Below, piece by piece: positions 50,600 to 59,031 of a stretch of 64,000 nt of DNA. The position numbers and the translations under genes are program-made. The stretch spans positions 1,866,413 to 1,930,412 of the forward strand of contig NZ_OZ244791.1 of NCBI RefSeq assembly GCF_965219815.1, written 5' to 3'. The first letter of the stretch is position 1. Every line of letters begins with the position of its first letter. This DNA is from Candidatus Poriferisocius sp. (lineage in GTDB: Bacteria; Actinomycetota; Acidimicrobiia; Acidimicrobiales; Bin134). The notes below the pieces were generated by a model. That model saw nothing but the letters and a program-made list of their open reading frames with translations. It searched no databases and was not told the DNA's origin.

Positions 50600-50706
50600 C
50601 CGCGCTGCTAGGATTCCCATACCCAAACCACACCACCACGCTGGAGCACAGCTCCAGCCGAACGGCCTCGACTCATCCCGCCAGAGTCGAGGCCGTTCCT
50701 CTTTGG
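50600..50706 (+). ncRNA. candidate small RNA: C/A-rich single-stranded 5' part plus two perfect hairpins and a U-rich tail
   Basis: TATAAG at 50590-50595. Then the unstructured CCCATACCCAAACCACACCACCAC, an 8-bp hairpin at 50640-50658, a 13-bp perfect hairpin at 50660-50698, and CTCTTTGGG. The boundaries are guesses. Confidence 0.3.
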
Positions 50707-50786
50707 GCTCTTGTATCGTGCCCCCAATGATGGAAGTTGGCGGGGGTGTCAGAAGTTGAAGGGTGTCGAATGAGAGCAGGTCAACG

Positions 50787-51514
<728 letters not shown>

Positions 51515-51518
<4 letters not shown>

Positions 51519-52111
51519 GCCTTCCACCAGACAGTCCGCCGCGTTTGGTGGCGGCAACCGCCAACCCCCACAAGCTGGCCGAGATCGAGGCCATCTTGGG
51601 ATCGGCGGTGGAACTCCTGCCTCGGCCCGCCGATCTGGGCGAAGTGATCGAGGACGGCGACACCCTGGAGGCCAACGCCCGGCTGAAGGCGGCCGCGGTG
51701 TGCGCGCACACCGGAAAGGCCGCAGTCGCCGACGACACTGGCCTGGAGGTGCCCGCACTGGCAGGAGCGCCGGGAGTGCGGTCGGCCCGATTTGCCGGGG
51801 AGCACGCCAATGACGCCGACAACCGGGCACGTCTGCTGGACGAGCTCGAGGGGGCAGCCGACCGGTCGGCCCGCTTCCGCACGGTGGCAGTGGTGGTGTT
51901 CCCCGACGGCCGCGAGTTGCTGGCCGAGGGCATGATGTCGGGAGTCATCGCCGCCGCGCCTCGTGGAGACGGGGGCTTCGGCTACGACCCGGTGTTCGTC
52001 CCCGACGGGGCAGACGGGCGCACATTCGCCGAGATGTCGCCCGACCAGAAGAACGCAGTCTCCCACCGGGGCCGGGCTTTTCGGTCTTTGGCCGTCCAGT
52101 TGGGCCTGTAG
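51515..52111 (+). CDS. rdgB: non-canonical purine NTP pyrophosphatase (RdgB/HAM1 family)
   Basis: 198 aa. [22 protein letters not shown] and SHRGRA. Overlaps the rph stop. Confidence 0.9.
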
Positions 52112-52130
52112 CCTGACCCCATCGAGCTAC

Positions 52131-52215
52131 GCGCCAGTGGCGGAATTTGGCAGACGCGCAGGGTTTAGGTCCCTGTGGGCGCAAGCCCGTGTGGGTTCAA
52201 ATCCCACCTGGCGCA
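52131..52215 (+). tRNA. tRNA-Leu (anticodon TAG)
   Basis: I folded the 85 nt by hand. The acceptor stem is GCGCCAG/CTGGCGC. The anticodon stem is CAGGG/CCCTG with loop TTTAGGT. The long variable arm is GGGC-GCAA-GCCC. The T arm is GTGGG-TTCAAAT-CCCAC. The discriminator is A, and no CCA is encoded. Confidence 0.93.
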
Positions 52216-52216
52216 C

Positions 52217-52744
52217 ATGACTGATGAATTTCGGCGGGTTGTTACTGGGGTGGATGGGGATGGTCATTCGGTGGTGGACAGTGATGGGCTGCCGCCGGTG
52301 GTGATCAGTCCTCGCCATCCTGAGCAGTTTCTAACTGCCATTTGGGCGGTGGACGAGCTCCCCGCCAGCTATGGCGCCTCGGGTGACCGGGATGGCTTCC
52401 GGCTTTCTCCCCCGCCGGGCGGGGTGAACATCATCCGCAACAAGCTGCCGCCCGACTCGGCGGTCTACGTGGACGCTGACGGAAGCCCCCGCCCGGTGGA
52501 GGACGAGGAGAATCTCCACCGCACCGCCACGGTGGACTTCATCTGCGTGCTGGAGGGCGAGCTGTGGCTGGTGTTGGAAGGTGATGACGATGTCCACCTC
52601 CGAGCGGGGGACTGCGTGGTGCAGCGGGGGACGGTTCATGCGTGGCGCAACCGCACCGACCGGCCTACCACGTTTCTGGCCGTGCTTTTCGACGCTGACG
52701 AGGACACGCTGGCGGCGACCCCGATCGGGCCGGAGGCTCTGTGA
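52217..52744 (+). CDS. cupin domain protein
   Basis: The ATG at 52217 (MTDEFRRVVTGVDGDGHSVV) lies 2 nt after the tRNA 3' end. The C-terminal part (VLEGELWLVLEGDDDVHLRAGDCVVQRGTVHAWRN) is a cupin barrel. An alternative start is the GTG at 52250. Confidence 0.6.
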   Translation: MTDEFRRVVTGVDGDGHSVVDSDGLPPVVISPRHPEQFLTAIWAVDELPASYGASGDRDGFRLSPPPGGVNIIRNKLPPDSAVYVDADGSPRPVEDEENLHRTATVDFICVLEGELWLVLEGDDDVHLRAGDCVVQRGTVHAWRNRTDRPTTFLAVLFDADEDTLAATPIGPEAL

Positions 52745-53886
52745 GCGAGCTTCGGGAAAGTGAGCCGGACAGCGAGGCCCGGCAGGCTTGGCGGGATCTG
52801 CTGGGCGCGCTAGCGGAGATCGACGCCGACTGGATTGGGCCGCAGCGGGGTCTGGCCCCCGGCCGAGAGCACCTGGGCATCCGGGGGTTGGGCATGGCGC
52901 TGTGGGGGGCGCTGGACCTCTACCTGGAGAACGAGCCGGAGCGGCCCCACTTTGTGCGCCTCATCTCGCCGTACCGCAAGTGGGGCGACAACCCCGACGC
53001 CATCTACTTCTTCGCCCCGCTGCGGGGTGATCTCACCTATCGGGTTCATGGTCGGCGGCGGCGGGAGATCTATATGTCGCTCACCGTGCACGGCGGCGAT
53101 CGCGATGGCCACTGGCCAACCCGGGTGGTGGGCGAGCTCAACATGGACGACATGGCATTCGACGAAGACGGCACCTTCGAAGTGGTGCTGTCGCCCGACG
53201 CCCACGGGGGCAACTGGATGGAGTTGGCCGAGGACGCCGGGTCGGTGGTGGTGCGGTTCTACTTCAACGAGGCACAGGCCGCCTCGGCCCAGCCCGAACT
53301 GGTGCCCGATCTGCGCATCGACGTCGTTGACGGGCCCGAGCAGAGCCCGGTGCCCGATGACGAAACAGTGGCCCGCCGCCTGAGGCGGGTGGAGGCGTGG
53401 GTGCGCTCGAAGTTCGGCGGACAGATGCTCGGCCCGCAACCCCGGCGCCGTCCGAGCTGGTATTCCGAGGTGCCCAACACGATGGGCCCGCCGGTGGACT
53501 GGACCGACAGCGACGGCGGCGGATGGGGGGCGGTGGACATCGCCTACTCGGCCGGCGAATACGAGTTGGCCCCCGACGAGGCCCTGGTCATGGAGGGGCG
53601 GCTGCCCGAGGGCTTGTTCACCAACGTGGTGATCTGGAACGAGCTGGGCCAAACGGCTGACTACCTGGAGCACACCGTCTCGCTGAACGACGCCCAGATG
53701 GAAACAGACGCAGACCGCCGCTACCGGGTGGTCATCGCCCACCGCGACCCCGGCGTGCCCAACTGGCTGGACACCTGCGGCGAGCTCCGAGCCGCGGTGT
53801 TCTGGCGCTTCATGCTCCCCACCGAGCCCCCTGAGGCACCGGTGTGCACGGTGATGCCGGTGGATCGGGTGGCCGAGACGCACTAG
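52741..53886 (+). CDS. hypothetical protein (possibly DUF1214-like)
   Basis: 381 aa with a GTGA overlap with the cupin gene. KWGDNPDAIYFFAPL and MSLTVHGG are reminiscent of DUF1214/DUF1254 proteins, but I cannot confirm the family. Confidence 0.45.
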   Translation: MSELRESEPDSEARQAWRDLLGALAEIDADWIGPQRGLAPGREHLGIRGLGMALWGALDLYLENEPERPHFVRLISPYRKWGDNPDAIYFFAPLRGDLTYRVHGRRRREIYMSLTVHGGDRDGHWPTRVVGELNMDDMAFDEDGTFEVVLSPDAHGGNWMELAEDAGSVVVRFYFNEAQAASAQPELVPDLRIDVVDGPEQSPVPDDETVARRLRRVEAWVRSKFGGQMLGPQPRRRPSWYSEVPNTMGPPVDWTDSDGGGWGAVDIAYSAGEYELAPDEALVMEGRLPEGLFTNVVIWNELGQTADYLEHTVSLNDAQMETDADRRYRVVIAHRDPGVPNWLDTCGELRAAVFWRFMLPTEPPEAPVCTVMPVDRVAETH

Positions 53887-53901
53887 CGGGCCGGTACTAT
53901 T

Positions 53902-54498
53902 GTGGCTATGACCGACCCCGTTTTGTTCGAGCCGGGCAGCCCCGAGCGCGGCGCATTCGAGATCTACAACCGGCTTCTGAAGAACCGCATTGTGTTTCTC
54001 GGAACCGACGTGAACGACGACATCGCCAACTACATCACCGCCCAGCTCTTGTATCTGGAGGGCGAAGATTCCGAGAAGGACATCTGGCTCTACATCAACT
54101 CCCCGGGCGGGTCGGTCACCTCGGGCATGGCCATCTACGACACCATGCAGTTCATCACCCCCGATGTGGGGACCATTTGCATGGGTTTGGGCGCCTCAAT
54201 GGGCCAGTTCCTCTTGTGTGCCGGAGCCCCCGGCAAGCGCTATGCCCTGCCCCACGCTCGGATCATGATGCACCAGCCCTCGGGCGGCGTTCGGGGCCAG
54301 GCCGCCGACATCGCCATCCAGGCCGAGCAGCACGCCTACGTGAAGGAGCTGCTGGCCGAGCGCATCGCCACCCACACCGGCCAGTCGGTGGAACAGGTGG
54401 AGGCCGACTCCGACCGCGACCGCTGGTTCACAGCCGAAGAGGCCAAGCAGTACGGCATCATCGACCACGTGATCGTCAAGCGCGGCGAGATGCTCTGA
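53902..54498 (+). CDS. clpP: ATP-dependent Clp protease proteolytic subunit
   Basis: 198 aa. The triad context is intact: [11 protein letters not shown] (Ser), MMHQPSGG (His) and [13 protein letters not shown] (Asp). Confidence 0.93.
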   Translation: MAMTDPVLFEPGSPERGAFEIYNRLLKNRIVFLGTDVNDDIANYITAQLLYLEGEDSEKDIWLYINSPGGSVTSGMAIYDTMQFITPDVGTICMGLGASMGQFLLCAGAPGKRYALPHARIMMHQPSGGVRGQAADIAIQAEQHAYVKELLAERIATHTGQSVEQVEADSDRDRWFTAEEAKQYGIIDHVIVKRGEML

Positions 54499-54508
54499 TC
54501 GATCGCCG

Positions 54509-54527
54509 GCCGACTTCACTGGTCGGC
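54509..54527. terminator. hairpin GCCGAC-TTCACTG-GTCGGC between convergent clpP and lipoprotein genes
   Basis: 6-bp stem located in the 34-nt gap between two convergent stops. No U-tract. Confidence 0.3.
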
Positions 54528-54532
54528 AATGG

Positions 54533-55000
54533 CTAGCCCCGCACGTCCAGCCGTACCTCGCCGGGAATCTTGTCGGGGTCGACGAACACCACAGGACTCT
54601 CCCAGTCCAGCCTCAATCCGCAATGTTCGATTGAGTATCGGGCCAGTTCAACGGCGGCCGTTTCGCTTTGCTGCAACTGCTCCGCTTCGAGCGTCAAGTC
54701 TTCCGGGTTGTCGAAGGCCTCGATGATGAGGCTCGCAGTGGCATTGATGGTGGCCAGCGACGGCTCGATTTCCAGCGGCGCCACCCGGCGTATGGCTTCA
54801 AGTTCGTCCACTACCGCCGCCGCAGCGCTCGGGTCGTCGGAGTAGTCCGAGGCCAATGCGCCCTCAGGTCCAAAAGCGGTCTCCAGTTTCTGACAGAAAG
54901 CGCTCAAATCGGGCTGGTCGTCATCACCGCAGGCGCTGAGGCCGAGCATCAGGGCTCCCAGCACCAGCACAGCCGCAATCGGCCGTCGGCGGCATCGCAT
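54533..55000 (-). CDS. hypothetical lipoprotein
   Basis: Only the last 155 codons of track ORF 54533-55609 look real. The ATG at 55000 gives MRCRRRPIAAVLVLGALMLGLSACGDDD (lipobox). It starts 3 nt after the rpe stop. Confidence 0.6.
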   Translation of the reverse strand: MRCRRRPIAAVLVLGALMLGLSACGDDDQPDLSAFCQKLETAFGPEGALASDYSDDPSAAAAVVDELEAIRRVAPLEIEPSLATINATASLIIEAFDNPEDLTLEAEQLQQSETAAVELARYSIEHCGLRLDWESPVVFVDPDKIPGEVRLDVRG

Positions 55001-55002
55001 GG

Positions 55003-55686
55003 TCAACTGACGGCGGCTGCTTCTCGCAACTCGGTGATGGCGTGGTTGAACCCCAGCTCGTCGGAGAACACCGCGCTGCCGGCCACGAACACCCCGGCCC
55101 CGGCTTGGGCCGCGGCTCCGATGGTGGACCGGCCGATACCGCCGTCCACCTCCAACTCCACGTCGTGTCCGCCCTCGTCGATCATCGCCCGCACTTCGGC
55201 CACCTTGGACTCCATTGATGCGATGTACGACTGGCCACCCCATCCGGGGTTGACGGTCATCACCAGCACCAGTCGGCACAGGTCCAGCACATGGGCCACG
55301 GCGGAGGCCGGAGTTGCCGGGTTGAGGGCCACGCCGGCATCCATGCCCAGTTCTCGGATGGCCCCCAGCGTGCGGTGCAGATGAGGACAGGCCTCGACAT
55401 GGACGGTGAGCAGCTCGCAGCCGGCCTCGGCATAGCGGGGGGCCAGCTCGTGGGGCTCCTCCACCATGAGGTGGGCCTCGAACGGCAGTGACACTAATGG
55501 GCGGATCGAGGCGATCACGTCGGGGCCGAAGGTGAGGTTGGGCACGAACCGGCCGTCCATAACATCCCAGTGGATCCGGTCGGCCCCGGCCTTTTCCAAG
55601 CCGATGCACTCCTCGCCCAAGCGGGCGAAATCAGCGGGCAGCACTGAAGGCGCGATCAGAGCTTCATGGGCCAAATCAGTGGCCAT
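55003..55686 (-). CDS. rpe: ribulose-phosphate 3-epimerase
   Basis: 227 aa. IAPSVLPADFARLGEE, HWDVMDGRFVPN, VMTVNPGWGGQ. Confidence 0.95.
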   Translation of the reverse strand: MATDLAHEALIAPSVLPADFARLGEECIGLEKAGADRIHWDVMDGRFVPNLTFGPDVIASIRPLVSLPFEAHLMVEEPHELAPRYAEAGCELLTVHVEACPHLHRTLGAIRELGMDAGVALNPATPASAVAHVLDLCRLVLVMTVNPGWGGQSYIASMESKVAEVRAMIDEGGHDVELEVDGGIGRSTIGAAAQAGAGVFVAGSAVFSDELGFNHAITELREAAAVS

Positions 55687-55741
55687 GACCCGACCCTACC
55701 CTGTGCCGGTGCGGAAGATGCGCACCATTTGAACAGCCTGC

Positions 55742-56503
55742 TCAGCGCAGCATTCCGCCGTCGACGAATACCGGTCGACCACTCATAAAAGCAGATGCGT
55801 CGCTGGCCAAGAACACCGCGGCGCCAACAAGGTCATCGGGCACACCGAGGCGGCCGAAAATGGTCTCGGCGGCAACCTCTTGCTCGAAGCGGGCTCGGGC
55901 CTCGGAGTCGCGGGGCAAGATCATGTCGGTGGCCACTGGGCCGGGGACCAGCAGGTTCACCCGCACCCTTCGGCTGGCCCACTCCCGGGCCATGGTGGTG
56001 GTCCAGTTGGCCATGGCCGCTTTGACCGCGCAGTAGGCCCCGATGCCCTCCATGGGCTGGAAGGCTCCCAGCGCCCCGATGTTGATGATCGAACCGCCCC
56101 CATCGGCGGCCAAGTAGTCGAGCGCGGCCTGCGACAGGAACAGCGGTCCCTTCAGGTTGACCGCCAAGATGCCGTCCAGCTCCTCAGGGGTGACCCGGGT
56201 GGTGAGGTGGGGGCGCAGCACCCCAGCGTTGTTTACCAGCACGTCGAGGCGGCCAAAGTGGCTCAAAACAGCCTCCAGAAGCGGTTGATGCTGGTTCAGC
56301 TCGCCGACGTCGAGCTCGGCGGCCATGGCCTCCCCGCCCGAGGCGGTTATCTGGTCGGCGAGGGTCTGGCAGGCGTCCAGCGTGCGGCTGGCCACCACCA
56401 CCTTGGCCCCGGCTTCCGCCAGCCCCAAGGCCAGAGCGTGGCCGATGCCTCGAGAGGCCCCGGTAACCAGGGCCACCTTGCCGGTCAGGTCGAACCTATC
56501 CAT
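55742..56503 (-). CDS. SDR family oxidoreductase
   Basis: 253 aa. TGASRGIG, NNAG, and catalytic YCAVKAA. Confidence 0.9.
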   Translation of the reverse strand: MDRFDLTGKVALVTGASRGIGHALALGLAEAGAKVVVASRTLDACQTLADQITASGGEAMAAELDVGELNQHQPLLEAVLSHFGRLDVLVNNAGVLRPHLTTRVTPEELDGILAVNLKGPLFLSQAALDYLAADGGGSIINIGALGAFQPMEGIGAYCAVKAAMANWTTTMAREWASRRVRVNLLVPGPVATDMILPRDSEARARFEQEVAAETIFGRLGVPDDLVGAAVFLASDASAFMSGRPVFVDGGMLR

Positions 56504-57311
56504 CGCTTCCCCCGGCTGTATCTTGCGCGGCTGATTCTTGGGCGGCCAGCCAATTCTCCAGGCTGGCGTCCTCCCAGTCTTCGGGGCCGTACACCGTGCG
56601 GGGCAACGGGGTCATCAAGTGGGTGTCACCGCCGGTCACGTATTCGGCCGAGCGTTGCTCCCAGGCGGTGATCCGCTCGTCGGCGGTGCCCTCGTCGCAC
56701 AGCCCCCGGGTGGTGTCGCGGTTCTGGCGGTAGGTGACGTGGGAGGCGATGTCGGCGGCCCACACCATCACCACCTCGTGCTGGTTGTTAAGCACCTCGT
56801 ACAGCCCAGTGGGGCGGTGTCCGTAGTCGGCCATGAGGGGCACCCGCTCCTGCACCACCGCGGCCAGAAACTCCATCGGAGTGCCCGGCCGCACGGTGAG
56901 GATCTCGTTCACGAACAGCGTGCCGGTGATGCCCGCCTCGGCGATCTCGGTGGTGCTCGGGCTGCCGGGCACGCCCCCGCACAGCCGGTCGAATCCGCCG
57001 GAGCGCCATTGGGCGGCCTCGTCCCACCAGTCGCCGTAGAACGCCTTGCGCCGCTTCAGGTTGAGCCGGTCGAGGTTCTTGGCCAGGCCCTTCCAGCCCT
57101 CCGATCCGATGTCCCAGATGTTGATGACCTGGGGCCAGCGCCCCCCGCCCGCCCCCAGGATGTAGAACGCGCCCTGGAGCCCGAACATCTCCGGCATGCG
57201 CAGCACCGGGTCTTGCCACAGGTGCTCCATGTAGTCGTACTGGCCTTGCCCGATGACGTCGACCACCTCATACAGGTACAGGTCGCGGTTCACGGAAGGC
57301 CTCTGAGGCAA
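56496..57311 (-). CDS. hypothetical protein (possibly NIPSNAP/Dabb-like tandem domains)
   Basis: 271 aa, overlapping the SDR start by 8 nt. The domain guess rests only on the general sequence character (YLYEVVDV...; LFVNEILTVRPG...). Confidence 0.4.
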   Translation of the reverse strand: MPQRPSVNRDLYLYEVVDVIGQGQYDYMEHLWQDPVLRMPEMFGLQGAFYILGAGGGRWPQVINIWDIGSEGWKGLAKNLDRLNLKRRKAFYGDWWDEAAQWRSGGFDRLCGGVPGSPSTTEIAEAGITGTLFVNEILTVRPGTPMEFLAAVVQERVPLMADYGHRPTGLYEVLNNQHEVVMVWAADIASHVTYRQNRDTTRGLCDEGTADERITAWEQRSAEYVTGGDTHLMTPLPRTVYGPEDWEDASLENWLAAQESAAQDTAGGSDG

Positions 57312-57397
57312 CTGGTGCTCATGTACCGAAGCTTCATCATCCGCCGACGTTACTGGGCCGGGGCCGCGCAGTCGGGTGAGGCCAATCGTGCATGAGG

Positions 57398-57427
57398 GTC
57401 TCCCGTGGTCTCCGGTAGTCTCCGGGC
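57398..57427 (+). repeat. three tandem 10-bp units containing GTCTCC (GTCTCCCGTG GTCTCCGGTA GTCTCCGGGC) ending at the oxygenase start codon
   Basis: Read directly. GTCTCC occurs at 57398, 57408 and 57418. The GTG start is at 57428. Confidence 0.9.
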
Positions 57428-58573
57428 GTGCGGCGCGAGACCCAGGTGGAGCTGATCCGGGAGCTGTTGGCCCACCACGCCGCGGGCACCACGCAGCTGG
57501 CCGACGACGTGCTAGTGCTGCCCGCTGATGTCTATGTAAGTGAACAGCACTGGCAGGCCGAGCGGGAGACGCTGTTCCGCCACCGCCCGGTGGTGGCCTG
57601 CCTGTCGGGGGCGGTGGCCTCGCCCGGTGACTACGTGTCGCTCACCGTCGGCGGAGTCCCGCTTGCAGTGGTGCGGGGCGACGACGGAGTGCTGCGGGGG
57701 TTCCGCAACGTGTGCCGCCACCGAGCGTCGTCGGTGGTGAGCGGGTGTGGATCGGGAGCAGCCTCGCTGCGGTGCCCGTTCCACGCCTGGACATACCGGC
57801 TAGACGGAACGCTCTTGGCTCGGCCCCAGGCGGGGGAGGGGTTTGACGGGACCGACGAGTCGGAGCTCGGTTTGGTGACGGTGCCGGTGGGAGAGGCCCA
57901 CGGCATGGTGTTCGTGCAGCCCGAGGGTGATGGCCCGATTGACGCGGCCAGCCTTGTAGGGGAGGCCGCGTTCGATCTGGATGATTTCAGCGCGGGCAGC
58001 TACCTCCCGTTCGACCGGTGGGAGTCGAGCTGGCCGTGCAACTGGAAGCTGCTGGTGGACACGTTCTTGGAGTCGTACCACGTGTTCTCCCTACACCGCA
58101 CCACAGTGGGCAAGTACTACCTGTCTCAGCCCATGACCTACCGCGGGTACGGCCCCAACCTGCGATTCCAAACCTGCCAGAAGTCGATCCTGGAACTGGC
58201 CGAAGCCCCCGAAGACCAGTGGGATCTGCTCGGCCGGGCCACTGTGGAATATCTGATCGCTCCCAACGTCATTCTGAGCCACAGCGTGGACCACTTCGCG
58301 GTGTACCAATTCCTGCCCACCGCGGTCGACCAAACCGACGTCACCATGACCCTCTACACCCCCGAGCCCGTCACAGAACAAACCCGCCCCCACTACGAGC
58401 GCACCCTGGAGCTACACCAACGAGTCGGCGCCGGCGAAGACTTCCCCCAAGCAGTCAAGATCCAGCAGTCCCTATCCTCCGGCCTGGTCGAAGAAACCCT
58501 CGTAGGCCGCCACGAAGTAGCCCTAATCCACTTCCACCAAGCGCTAGGTCAGCTATTGAATGGGAAGGGCTGA
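57428..58573 (+). CDS. Rieske (2Fe-2S) aromatic ring-hydroxylating oxygenase alpha subunit-like protein
   Basis: 381 aa. Rieske motif CRHR...(17 aa)...CPFHAW, and a C-terminal catalytic domain with ESYHV. Confidence 0.85.
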   Translation: MRRETQVELIRELLAHHAAGTTQLADDVLVLPADVYVSEQHWQAERETLFRHRPVVACLSGAVASPGDYVSLTVGGVPLAVVRGDDGVLRGFRNVCRHRASSVVSGCGSGAASLRCPFHAWTYRLDGTLLARPQAGEGFDGTDESELGLVTVPVGEAHGMVFVQPEGDGPIDAASLVGEAAFDLDDFSAGSYLPFDRWESSWPCNWKLLVDTFLESYHVFSLHRTTVGKYYLSQPMTYRGYGPNLRFQTCQKSILELAEAPEDQWDLLGRATVEYLIAPNVILSHSVDHFAVYQFLPTAVDQTDVTMTLYTPEPVTEQTRPHYERTLELHQRVGAGEDFPQAVKIQQSLSSGLVEETLVGRHEVALIHFHQALGQLLNGKG

Positions 58574-58584
58574 TGAATTAGGAG

Positions 58585-58821
58585 TCAGCCTGGTTCGGCG
58601 AAGTTGACGACTAAGGGGCCGACTTCGGCTTCGTCTGCGTCAAACCACAGCGCGATGGCATCGCGGGCTGTTACCTCGATCTTGGCGCGTCGCCTCGCCT
58701 GGGTGTGGCATCCGGGTAGGTTGTCGGCTTTGATCGCCCACCATTTGCCTGATCGGACGACAGTGAGGTGGTGGGTGTCGCTCACTGATGGTTGAGCATC
58801 AGTGTCGGGTGCTAGCGACAT
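58585..58821 (-). CDS. hicB: HicB-like antitoxin (short, N-terminal HicB fold only)
   Basis: 78 aa. HLTVVRSGKWWAIKADNLPGCHTQARRRAKIEVTARDAIALW fits the HicB/UPF0150 partial RNase-H-like fold. Overlaps the hicA stop by 10 nt. Confidence 0.6.
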   Translation of the reverse strand: MSLAPDTDAQPSVSDTHHLTVVRSGKWWAIKADNLPGCHTQARRRAKIEVTARDAIALWFDADEAEVGPLVVNFAEPG

Positions 58822-59015
58822 GGTTGCTCCCTTTCTGCGTCCTTGATCAGCCCTTCGGCAGTGAACCGAGAAATCTCCCTATGGCGGGGAATCGTCAGTG
58901 TCGTATTGCCCAAACGCCAGACCTCGTGTTTGGCGCCCTTGCGCCGCAGCTCAAGCATAAGGCCTTTTCTCTGCGCAATCCGCCGAAGTTCCTTCAGCAA
59001 GTCCACTTTCTTCAT
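58812..59015 (-). CDS. hicA: HicA-like mRNA interferase toxin
   Basis: The ATG at 59015 inside track ORF 58812-59279 gives 67 aa: MKKVDLLKELRRIAQRKGLMLELRRKGAKHEVWRLGNTTLTIPRHREISRFTAEGLIKD (YcfA/HicA pattern). Confidence 0.65.
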   Translation of the reverse strand: MKKVDLLKELRRIAQRKGLMLELRRKGAKHEVWRLGNTTLTIPRHREISRFTAEGLIKDAEREQPCR

Positions 59016-59031
59016 TTGGACACCCTGTCGA

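Noticed and set aside
50545-50730. 61-aa ORF in the cysM-rph spacer.
   Set aside because: It has no RBS and atypical composition, and it spans two strong hairpins and a terminator-like element. The region is better explained as non-coding (see the sRNA candidate).
55001-55609. The N-terminal 200 codons of the 358-aa ORF 54533-55609(-).
   Set aside because: This part overlaps rpe (55003-55686) in another frame and is an Arg/Gly/Pro-rich string. Only the C-terminal 155 codons, from the ATG at 55000 (signal peptide with lipobox), look like a gene.
52131-58584. Genomic island integrated at tRNA-Leu, with a direct repeat of the tRNA 3' end downstream.
   Set aside because: I could not find a second copy of the tRNA 3' segment (TTCAAATCCCACCTGGCGCA) by eye anywhere downstream. 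The downstream genes have the same high G+C as the core. A computational repeat search would be needed to exclude it fully.
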